Below are positions 8,978 through 17,210 of a stretch of 64,000 bases of DNA, piece by piece; within the stretch, counting starts at the first letter, position 1; every line of letters begins with the position of its first letter. This DNA is from Candidatus Obscuribacteraceae bacterium (lineage in GTDB: Bacteria > Cyanobacteriota > Vampirovibrionia > Obscuribacterales > Obscuribacteraceae), in NCBI GenBank assembly GCA_044229845.1, contig JBGASG010000001.1:768001-832000 (forward strand), in the 5' to 3' direction. The notes under the pieces are model-generated. The model was not told the origin of the DNA. It searched no databases and saw only the letters and a program-made list of their open reading frames with translations. Made by a program: the position numbers and the translations under genes.

Positions 8978-10054
8978 CTATGCCCAGCGCAGCAGAGTGG
9001 CTCCGGCAGAGAATCCTGCGCCCATCGATGCCATCAAGACCAGATCGCCTTTTCTGAGCATCTTGCGATCGAGAGCCGACTGCAATGCCAGCGGTATCGT
9101 GCCGGCTGTGGTGTTGCCGTACTCGTCGATATTGATCACGACTCGCTCTTCGGGAATCTGAATGCGATCCACCGCTGCTTGAATGATGCGCTTATTGGCT
9201 TGGTGCGGCACGAAGAGGTCAATGTCGTCGCCGGTCAGATTGTTTTTCTCGAGCAGGCGAGAGCACAACTCGGACATTTTGAGGGTGGCAAACTTGAACA
9301 CTGCTTTGCCTTCTTGATGCACATAGTGCATGCGCTTCTCCAGAGTTTCAGGAGATGCCGGATGACGGCTGCCGCCTGCGGGAATACAGAGGGCATCGCT
9401 GCCGTTGCCGTCGGTTTCGTGCAGAAAGTCGATAAAGCAACCTTCGTCGATACCCTGCGATGGCTGCAAAAGCGCCGCTCCACCCCCATCACCGAAGATG
9501 ATGCAGGTCTGGCGATCGGTGTAATCCACGATGGTGGACATGATGTCGACGCCAACGACCAGTACGTTTTTATGGGTACCATTGGCGACAAACTGGACAG
9601 CCACCTGCAAGGCGTACAGGAAGCCGGAGCAGGCAATCGACAGGTCAAAGCCCCAGGCGCCCGTAGCCCCGATCTTGGACTGAATCAGGCAGGCTGTTGC
9701 CGGCAAAATCATATCCGGCGTGATCGTGGCGCAAATGATCAGTTCGACGTCGGCAGGCTTGATGCCTGCTTTTTCACAAGCTTTGCGGGCCGCTTCCGCG
9801 CCCAGGTCGGAGGTGGTGACGCCCTTGTCCACGACGTGACGCGTCTTGATGCCGGTGCGCTCGGTGATCCACTCGTCGGTGGTCTCCACCATTTTTTCGA
9901 GGTCGGCGTTGGTCAGAAGCCGCGGCGGAACAGCGGTTCCCACCGTGGTGATTTTGACAGGCGATACTTTTCTTGTCCCCTGACGCGCTTCTTCGAACAG
10001 CGTTTGTTTGTTGACCGAGTTGATCGTTTCTGCTGGTTTCACTATGGTATTCAT
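8978..10054 (-). CDS. fabH: 3-oxoacyl-ACP synthase III
   Basis: WITERTGI, ACSGF (catalytic Cys), FGDG.GA, PHQANKRI, YGNT; exact start uncertain. Confidence 0.97.
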   Translation of the reverse strand: MNTIVKPAETINSVNKQTLFEEARQGTRKVSPVKITTVGTAVPPRLLTNADLEKMVETTDEWITERTGIKTRHVVDKGVTTSDLGAEAARKACEKAGIKPADVELIICATITPDMILPATACLIQSKIGATGAWGFDLSIACSGFLYALQVAVQFVANGTHKNVLVVGVDIMSTIVDYTDRQTCIIFGDGGGAALLQPSQGIDEGCFIDFLHETDGNGSDALCIPAGGSRHPASPETLEKRMHYVHQEGKAVFKFATLKMSELCSRLLEKNNLTGDDIDLFVPHQANKRIIQAAVDRIQIPEERVVINIDEYGNTTAGTIPLALQSALDRKMLRKGDLVLMASMGAGFSAGATLLRWA

Positions 10055-10249
10055 CGACAGGATGCGCGCTCTCAAGCTGGTTGACGGCGCTTTCAATTAT
10101 CCAGCAACAGCCGATTCCGCACTACTGCGTCATTTTCACAGTTCACAGTATGGCGATTATATTAGGCTAATGTTGGCTTCTGTCCGCCCTGTGGGCGTTT
10201 CCTCGACAGTTGAGATTTTTCGTTTCTGCTTTACGCGGCGAAATCGACG

Positions 10250-10528
10250 TCAGGCCTTTGTTTTCAGGATGGATGCGTAGGTCATCCAGCAACGCTTGAG
10301 CCAGGAGAGCGCTTTTGAGTGGATATCCGAGAGCAATGCGCGATGCACCGGCGTCGCACCTCCCCCTTGCCGCTCCAGAACGCCGATGCGATAGAAAATT
10401 CCGTTGGTCTGCTTGAGTGCCGCGCTGGCCCACAGACCTGCCTCTCGCGGCAGGTATCTGCGTTGGCACAATTTGAGAATTAACCTCAGCGCTCGTCTCG
10501 GGTCTTCCAATCGCTCTGCTTGCTGCAC
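10250..10528 (-). CDS. Small hypothetical protein
   Basis: 92-aa ORF filling an otherwise long intergenic gap; no recognisable motif. Confidence 0.35.
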   Translation of the reverse strand: MQQAERLEDPRRALRLILKLCQRRYLPREAGLWASAALKQTNGIFYRIGVLERQGGGATPVHRALLSDIHSKALSWLKRCWMTYASILKTKA

Positions 10529-10575
10529 TGCGTCACTCTTTACGTCAGAAACACAGCCAGAGCTTAGGCATTACC

Positions 10576-10631
10576 TGTGGAGTTGTTGTGCACTGAGCGT
10601 GGACAAAGTGTGGAGCATTCACTGTGGATAG
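10576..10631 (+). repeat. Four direct repeats at 11-bp period plus a DnaA-box-like 9-mer
   Basis: TGTGGAGTT (10576), TGTGCACTG (10587), CGTGGACAA (10598), TGTGGAGCA (10609), TGTGGATAG (10623). Confidence 0.65.
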
Positions 10632-10773
10632 CGCTGCCACTGTGCAATTGCGCAGTGCACTTCCAGACATTCGCACATTATCTGAAGCGCCCGCAGTGCC
10701 TATTATCAAGCCATTACCACCGTATCGTTCCCCCCACGAAAAATGCGCAGCTAGCTGCCCAGGTTGGAGTTTT

Positions 10774-13700
10774 ATGTCAGACCAGACTGTTGAAGACAAG
10801 GTCAAGAAAACGGACGATCAAATACCCCCGTCCGGCGATGACCAGGCCAACGCACCCGGCGATGTTCCTCCCGCTCCCAAGCAGGAAGATGCAGCCACTG
10901 CGTTGAAGGCTATGTTCGGACTCGCTTCTGAGTACTTCGCCTCCATCGACAATCCATTCAAAGGCAGCAGCAAATCGGCAGACTCCCCGAAAGAGTTCAA
11001 GCATCCCGGTCAGAATGCCGGCACCTGGACGAAAGGCGAAGACGGCAACTGGCAGTATAAAGACGCCACTGGCAAAGTCCAGGATAAGTTCGGCGGACAG
11101 GTGAAGGACCTGACCATGAAGGATGGCGTGCTGACGGTCACCATGGCTGACGGACGCGTGGTGAAAGCACACAAGGACGGATCTTCGCTCGAATACACCA
11201 ACGATAAGCTGACCAAGATCAATTATGCCGACGGCCGCGAGCGCCGGCTCGAGTGGGACGGAGACAGCCTCAGACGCGTCACCAGCACCAAGGGTGAGTG
11301 GTTCGAGCGCCAGAAGAACAGCCAGGGTGAATATGTCGACCGCTGGAAAGCCGAGAAGAGTGGTCAGACCTGGAACGGCAAGATTTCAACCGACAAAGAA
11401 ACCGGCGACTACAGCCTCGAATCTACAGACGACAAAACAAAAGGACCAGTCACGTATATGCGTGACGGCGCCGAGAAGACCGAAGCGCGCGACGGTTCGT
11501 ACACGATTAAGTATCCGTCGGGAGCCAGCGAGTCCTTTAATAAGAACGGCACCATGACCGGCATGACAGGCGCCGATAAAGTGCGCCGCGAATTCGGCTA
11601 CGAAACAGTCGACGGCAAAGAAACTCTCACATCCGTCAAACTGACCGACGAAACCGGCAAGACCAACGTCTGGAAAAATGAAAAAGGCACCTGGACGTAC
11701 AACGGTGAGCCGACTAAATTCACCTTCAACGTCGACAGCAAAAACAAGACCTATAGCTTCACCGATGCCGAAAACGACAAGACGACCACCGTCACCGCCA
11801 CCGGCAAAGAATCGAAATTCGGTGACGGCACCCAAGTGGTAATCGGCAGCAACGGCGAAGTGAAGAGCGCCACTAGAGGCGATGTCACTTTCGAATACGT
11901 TCGCGATAAAAACGGCGTCACCGAAGTCCGCGAAACCAAGAGTGGCGAACCGGGGCGCACCTGGAGGAAGAACAGCGAAGGCAAATGGACCGATGGTTCC
12001 AAAGTCATCGAAGGCGGCTTGACGGTTACCGATCGCGGTGAACCTTCGTTCGGCGACAAGTCTAGACAGCAAGTCTTCAAACTGGATGGTCGCTCGGTAG
12101 AGTCAGTCAAAAACGCTGATGGTTCCACAGTCGAGTCCAGCGACGGCCGCACCAAGATCACCGCCGCCGACGGCTCGACCCGTGAAGTCTACTCGAAGAA
12201 AGACGAGACTGGCCGCGACGTAATCTACAAGGAAGAAACGGTTCGCGACGGCAAGCGCCAGACCTGGGAACGCCAAGCGCGCCCCACCGCCGATGGTGGC
12301 GTAGAGTACACCAACGAGTGGAAGAACACCGCTACCGGAGAAGTGGAAAATCGCAAGTCGGTGGTGGTCAGCGACAAAGGCGAATTCTCCGTTGAATACG
12401 AAGACGGCACTAAGTACACAGGCCGCACCAACGGCACCGAACGGCGCGAGAACGCCGCTCAGAAGTGGAACATGGAGCTGGAGAACGGCAGACCTACCAC
12501 CATCAACTTCGGCGACGGCACCAGCCGCACCTATAAATGGAAAGGTGACACGGTCGAGCAGATGGTCGTAACGCCGCCCGGCGAAAAGCCGATCACCTGG
12601 AACCGTGTCGGCGACAAGAAATACAAGACCAGCAGCGGCTCGACCACCAACGGGACCATCGAAGTCGACAGCAAAGGCAAATACGTATTCAACGACTTTG
12701 ACGACAAAACCATCACCACCAGAATGCCGGACGGCAAACTGTTCAGCAAAGACACGACTTCCGGAGTCGAGAGCGAAAAGGTGGGCGGCAAGGTAGTCGC
12801 CATGCGCAAGGATGGCAGCGAGTTCAAGCTGACTCGTGACGAGAAAGGCACCGTCAACGAAATTCAAGACACCAAGAACAATACCACCTGGAAGAAACAA
12901 GCTGACGGCACCTGGCAAGCGGCCGCTCTCGATGACAAAAAGCCCTGGCAAAAACCGGACGACATTCAGCGCAAAGGCGATGTGGTCGTCGACGAAAAGA
13001 AAGGCACTGTTTCCTTCCTGGGCGCTGACGGTTCGCTTCTGCGTCATTCGATGACCGGCATAGAGAAAGTCTCGCGCGGCACCGAACTGGAAAAGAAAGT
13101 TGTCGACGACAAACGTCTAACCGACCAGGAAAAAATTCGGTTCCTCGAAAACCTCGACCGTTTCTCGAAGCGCACCGATTTAGATGACAAACAAAAGGAA
13201 GAAACGCTCAAGAACATTGAACGTACACTCGATGCTGCAGACAACAAAGATGGTTACTTCGATGCGACAGAACGCGCCAAGTTGGCTGAGCAGATGGCCT
13301 GGCATGTCGCCAACCCGACCCTCGATGCTCAGGGACAGAGACCAAACTGCAACGTCACTGATATCCGGATTGCCATGCTGCACCAGAATCCCGCTGACTG
13401 GACGCGCATGACCGCCGACATGATCACCAAGGGCTATTTCAAGACTGCCGATGGCACGCAGATATTCCCCAAAGACAAACAAAGTTTCCGTCCCTCCGAT
13501 GCTGAAAAGACCTTTCCGCCGGCAGATGGCGATCGCTCCTGGCTTGGAAAAATCTCCGACGTCACCATGCTCGATATTCACTGGCAGCGCCGCACAACTG
13601 ACTCTTTCGGCAACAGCGTAGCAAAAAATTCCATGACCTACGAAGAGATCAAACCGACCGATGCTGATGACTCCGGTGGTCGTATCTTCCAGTACTACCA

Positions 13701-14310
13701 GTCAAATGGACAGTGGTATCGCAGCGAACAGAAGCGCGCTCCCAACGTCTACGGCAAAGACATCATGGATATCTACGGACAGATCACCGGCAAGGATGAA
13801 TCCAACCGCTACTTGATCAACAGCGATCAAAACCACAAAGGACCGGGCGTCACCTCCGTCGGCTCCGCTGCAGAGCTGGAAGCCGCTCTTTCGAAGGGAC
13901 CGTGGCCGAAAATCATCCAGGTGCAAAACGATGTGCTGTACAAACAGAAAAACGACGGCAAGGATCACTGCCACGTTGTTGTAGTCACAGGCGTCAAAGA
14001 CGGCAAAGCGTTGATCGACAACTCGCACGGTAGCAAATGGGATCGCCTCCAGGACGGCATTCCAATCGCGCACCTTTATGAAGCGACCAAGCGTCACGGC
14101 ACCGCTAAGTACGAAGCCATCGACGACAAAACCACCCAGGGCAGCACCACTGTCAACAACAACCAGATACGGTATCAGCAAACCGTTTCCAATAATCAAA
14201 ACGGATATTGGCAGAACGGCGTCTATTACACCTACGTCAACAATAACAACGGCAACTACAACTACAACACCAACAACAATTACAACAATGGCTGGGGACG
14301 CCGTCGTTAA
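10774..14310 (+). CDS. Giant YD/RHS-like beta-repeat protein with C-terminal papain-like cysteine peptidase domain
   Basis: GGAG RBS, ATG at 10774; roughly 100-aa K/T/G/D/W-rich repeats (e.g. KINYADGRERRLEWDGD, TINFGDGTSRTYKWKGD); QGQRPNC, HVVVVTG, DNSHG motifs; Asn/Tyr-rich tail. Confidence 0.75.
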   Translation: MSDQTVEDKVKKTDDQIPPSGDDQANAPGDVPPAPKQEDAATALKAMFGLASEYFASIDNPFKGSSKSADSPKEFKHPGQNAGTWTKGEDGNWQYKDATGKVQDKFGGQVKDLTMKDGVLTVTMADGRVVKAHKDGSSLEYTNDKLTKINYADGRERRLEWDGDSLRRVTSTKGEWFERQKNSQGEYVDRWKAEKSGQTWNGKISTDKETGDYSLESTDDKTKGPVTYMRDGAEKTEARDGSYTIKYPSGASESFNKNGTMTGMTGADKVRREFGYETVDGKETLTSVKLTDETGKTNVWKNEKGTWTYNGEPTKFTFNVDSKNKTYSFTDAENDKTTTVTATGKESKFGDGTQVVIGSNGEVKSATRGDVTFEYVRDKNGVTEVRETKSGEPGRTWRKNSEGKWTDGSKVIEGGLTVTDRGEPSFGDKSRQQVFKLDGRSVESVKNADGSTVESSDGRTKITAADGSTREVYSKKDETGRDVIYKEETVRDGKRQTWERQARPTADGGVEYTNEWKNTATGEVENRKSVVVSDKGEFSVEYEDGTKYTGRTNGTERRENAAQKWNMELENGRPTTINFGDGTSRTYKWKGDTVEQMVVTPPGEKPITWNRVGDKKYKTSSGSTTNGTIEVDSKGKYVFNDFDDKTITTRMPDGKLFSKDTTSGVESEKVGGKVVAMRKDGSEFKLTRDEKGTVNEIQDTKNNTTWKKQADGTWQAAALDDKKPWQKPDDIQRKGDVVVDEKKGTVSFLGADGSLLRHSMTGIEKVSRGTELEKKVVDDKRLTDQEKIRFLENLDRFSKRTDLDDKQKEETLKNIERTLDAADNKDGYFDATERAKLAEQMAWHVANPTLDAQGQRPNCNVTDIRIAMLHQNPADWTRMTADMITKGYFKTADGTQIFPKDKQSFRPSDAEKTFPPADGDRSWLGKISDVTMLDIHWQRRTTDSFGNSVAKNSMTYEEIKPTDADDSGGRIFQYYQSNGQWYRSEQKRAPNVYGKDIMDIYGQITGKDESNRYLINSDQNHKGPGVTSVGSAAELEAALSKGPWPKIIQVQNDVLYKQKNDGKDHCHVVVVTGVKDGKALIDNSHGSKWDRLQDGIPIAHLYEATKRHGTAKYEAIDDKTTQGSTTVNNNQIRYQQTVSNNQNGYWQNGVYYTYVNNNNGNYNYNTNNNYNNGWGRRR

Positions 14311-14324
14311 CAGAGGGTATGATC

Positions 14325-15038
14325 ATGGAATTTGACGAGAGACCTACCGTGGCTGAAAACGACGAATTTGCATCGGCATACGAGCTTGCCGCCAAGCGCT
14401 TCAGCGAAGATGAAGTGAAGGAAGGACCGCCGCAAACAGGGACCGGCGATAAGACGGGCACGACCGAAGTGAGTACGGGCACCGATTCAAAAACGCCCCC
14501 GTCCATCACGAACAGTGGCGATATCGCCAAAATGCAGTGGCCAGACAAGTGGGTGCCGGAGCCCGAGAAAAGCGCTTATGAGACCCTGAACCACAGTACC
14601 GCCTTCAATCCGGCCGCCGCCGGGGCGAAAGACGCTCGTCTGGTGGTCAATCTCAGTAAACCGAATGCCAATCCGGAACTGGAGGCTGCGGTGCGCTCGA
14701 TTTGTTCAAAGCCGCATCACGAGCTGACTCAAGATGAAATCAAATCGATTAAGCAGCTGCTCGGACCGCTGGGCGACCCGGAAGTGTTTAATCTCAAGGC
14801 GCGCACCGAAGAATTGAACGGACGCACCGTGCTGGCAGTGGACGGCAACTTCAAGACAGCCGACCGCAAACTCACCGGCTATCTGTTTACGACCGCCAAC
14901 AATGAGATGCAGAGTGTCTTTTTTTCGGCGCCCGCCAAGATTTTTGACGAATACAAACCGTCCGCGGATGCTGCCATGCGCTCGATCAAGTGGCGCGGCG
15001 CGCCGGCCTCGCAAGGTGCGACCGGCGAAATGAAATAG
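14325..15038 (+). CDS. Hypothetical protein, possible PsbP/Mog1-like alpha/beta fold
   Basis: Starts about 15 nt after the giant gene; acidic N-terminus; C-terminal LNGRTVLAV.G...F..Y...A.AAMRSIKW pattern. Confidence 0.6.
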   Translation: MEFDERPTVAENDEFASAYELAAKRFSEDEVKEGPPQTGTGDKTGTTEVSTGTDSKTPPSITNSGDIAKMQWPDKWVPEPEKSAYETLNHSTAFNPAAAGAKDARLVVNLSKPNANPELEAAVRSICSKPHHELTQDEIKSIKQLLGPLGDPEVFNLKARTEELNGRTVLAVDGNFKTADRKLTGYLFTTANNEMQSVFFSAPAKIFDEYKPSADAAMRSIKWRGAPASQGATGEMK

Positions 15039-15067
15039 CCTTTGGCTCCCGAAAGTCAAGTGATTGA

Positions 15068-15109
15068 ACAAAACTGCTCATCCTGAGGGTGTCAAACGAG
15101 CAGTTTTGT
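15068..15109. terminator. Inverted repeat, possible terminator or processing stem
   Basis: ACAAAACTGCTC (15068-15079) and GAGCAGTTTTGT (15098-15109): perfect 12-bp arms, 18-nt loop. Confidence 0.45.
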
Positions 15110-15368
15110 CCAGCCTGGAATCGCAGGTCCACCGGACGTGTTCCGAGCGTGCAGATTTTGTGACACGGGGCCGTCAAAAAATCCGGACTGGGTTGCGTAT
15201 TCCCCCGGTCCCATGCGTATTCCTCCCATTGAATGACGCCTCGATCTAGGGTTTCATTACTAAGCTGACTGACGTGGTCCATCCACCAGGTCATTTCCCC
15301 CTCGTCTGAACGGTTCGTTCTTTTCCCGAGCCGCACGAGAAGAGCTATCAAAGGCTGCTGGATTCCCT

Positions 15369-17210
15369 ATGGGCAAAACTGGAGAAATCGGAGATCTCGG
15401 CACAGGCACCGGCAACGGCGCTAATCCATTTGTGCATTCGGACTCCGTTTTTAGCGACATCAACCCGAGAGCGCAACTGCAATTTTGGCAGGCTCAACGG
15501 GGTGCTGATGCTCCGGTCGGTGGGGACGCCACGATTGTGCAGCCGGCAGCCGTCAGCGATAAGATGCTGCCGCCGCGCAACACGCCGGAAGGCGAAGAGT
15601 TCTACAAAGCCATGGAGTCTCCCGGCGGCGCGATGCGTTTTTCGAGCCCGGCAGACAACGCCGCCGACGGCAAGACACCTGACTATCAACTGGTCAGCGA
15701 GAACGGACAGATTCGTCTGGTCCGCACTGGACAGGGCGATCCGATGGCCGACGGCGAGATGAACGTCGAAATCGATCCGGGCAACAAGAGTCTGCAAGAT
15801 GCGATCATGCAGAACGACAAGAATATGAAAGAGTTCGCCAGAGAGATGATTGCTTACTGGCAAAAGAATCACCCCGGCGAAGCCGTTCCTTCTATGTGGC
15901 AGTCTATTCTCGATAAGCAGCCCGATCTGCCGCCCGAGAAGTACACCCCGACTCCTATTTCGAGAACTCCCGGACCGAAAGTCAACACGCCCGAACCCAA
16001 TCCCCCATCCCCGAATCCGGGCTGGCAGAATGACTACCGCGGTGGGGGCGGCAGTGGATACGGTCGCAGTGGATATGGTGGCAGCCGCGGCAATCCCGGT
16101 GGTGACTCCTACTACCGTGGTGGACCGCAAGGCAATAACTGGAATGTCCCCAGCGATGTCCCGCAATGGCGCGACAATCAATTTATAGATAAGATCACCG
16201 CCACCGTCATGGCCAACGAACATGCTATGACGCCCGACGGCAAGCCGAACTTCACCGCCTACAACCCGGATGATAACGGCGGCATCTCGGTAGGCATTCG
16301 CCAGTGGCACCAGGGCGGTGCGCTGCCGGAACTGCTCAATGCATGGCAGCAAGCTGATCCGCAAAAATTCCAGGAATACTTCCAGGGCATGTCGCCTGCG
16401 CAGATCAACTCTATGAATGCGCAACAGTTCAAAGCTACCCCGGGTATGGAAGAGGGCATGATGAAGGCTCTCCAAGATCCGAAGTATCAACAAGTGCAAA
16501 CGCAGTTGATGCAAGACTGGGTGAAGCGCGAAGTGAAGATGGCGATGGACGGCGGTCTCACCGGCGAACGCGAAATCGCCACCTATGTCGATGTCGCCAA
16601 CTCGAAGGGTCAAGATGCTGCCAACCAATTGCTGACGATCGGCAAAGCCAAGGGCGATCAATCGGAAGTGATGAGCCAGGCAGTTCGCGGCGATGGCGGC
16701 GAACGTCAAGCTCGCATCCGCGAAAACTTCACCGACAAAGATGCATTGTTGCAACCGGCAAAACCGGAAATCGGCTCGTTCAACGAGAAGCTGGCACGAG
16801 CAGTGGAAGTCTGGGATTCGCGCATGTCGGGAACCGGATACTGCGCACGTGCCGTACAGCGCGCCATGGCCGATGCGGGATTGCCGCAATTTGTCGGTTC
16901 CGGTAACGCGTGGGACATGATGGGCCCACTCAAGCGCAGCGGCTTGTTCGTGGAAATTCCGATGTCCGAAGCCCAGCGCGGCGATATCATCGTCAGACCG
17001 CCGCATTCAGGTGGCAGCGTCTACGGCGACATCTCAGTCGTCACTGCCCGCTCCGGCAACCGGATTCAACAAACCAACGATGCGACCTATGAATTCCGTC
17101 CGGAAAATCCGCGTTACGGTGGACAAGCTGTGTTCTTGCGCTACGTCGGCGATCAGCGCAATACCGCCACCGAAGACCAAGCCAATCCTAAGAAAACGAC
17201 CAGCGGCTAA
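15369..17210 (+). CDS. Putative bifunctional peptidoglycan hydrolase (lysozyme-like plus CHAP/NlpC-P60-like)
   Basis: VMANE...YNPDDNGGISVGIRQW (lysozyme-like Glu and hairpin); GYCARAVQRA...GNAWD...GDIIV...YGDISV; Pro-rich and Gly/Tyr-rich linker. Confidence 0.7.
   Translation: MGKTGEIGDLGTGTGNGANPFVHSDSVFSDINPRAQLQFWQAQRGADAPVGGDATIVQPAAVSDKMLPPRNTPEGEEFYKAMESPGGAMRFSSPADNAADGKTPDYQLVSENGQIRLVRTGQGDPMADGEMNVEIDPGNKSLQDAIMQNDKNMKEFAREMIAYWQKNHPGEAVPSMWQSILDKQPDLPPEKYTPTPISRTPGPKVNTPEPNPPSPNPGWQNDYRGGGGSGYGRSGYGGSRGNPGGDSYYRGGPQGNNWNVPSDVPQWRDNQFIDKITATVMANEHAMTPDGKPNFTAYNPDDNGGISVGIRQWHQGGALPELLNAWQQADPQKFQEYFQGMSPAQINSMNAQQFKATPGMEEGMMKALQDPKYQQVQTQLMQDWVKREVKMAMDGGLTGEREIATYVDVANSKGQDAANQLLTIGKAKGDQSEVMSQAVRGDGGERQARIRENFTDKDALLQPAKPEIGSFNEKLARAVEVWDSRMSGTGYCARAVQRAMADAGLPQFVGSGNAWDMMGPLKRSGLFVEIPMSEAQRGDIIVRPPHSGGSVYGDISVVTARSGNRIQQTNDATYEFRPENPRYGGQAVFLRYVGDQRNTATEDQANPKKTTSG

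Noticed and set aside
10530..10770. Chromosomal origin oriC
   Set aside because: No perfect DnaA box, no AT-rich unwinding element and no dnaA/dnaN/gidA nearby. Kept only as a regulatory array.
10774..14310. Canonical Rhs or prophage tail protein
   Set aside because: No PAAR/VgrG domain, no DPxG-type Rhs core end, and no phage structural genes in the window.
15348..17006. Long antisense ORFs (552 aa here; also 5327-6622, 9179-10084, 12103-13047, 61698-63029)
   Set aside because: They lie opposite well-supported genes, show no motifs, and are expected from codon bias in GC-rich DNA.
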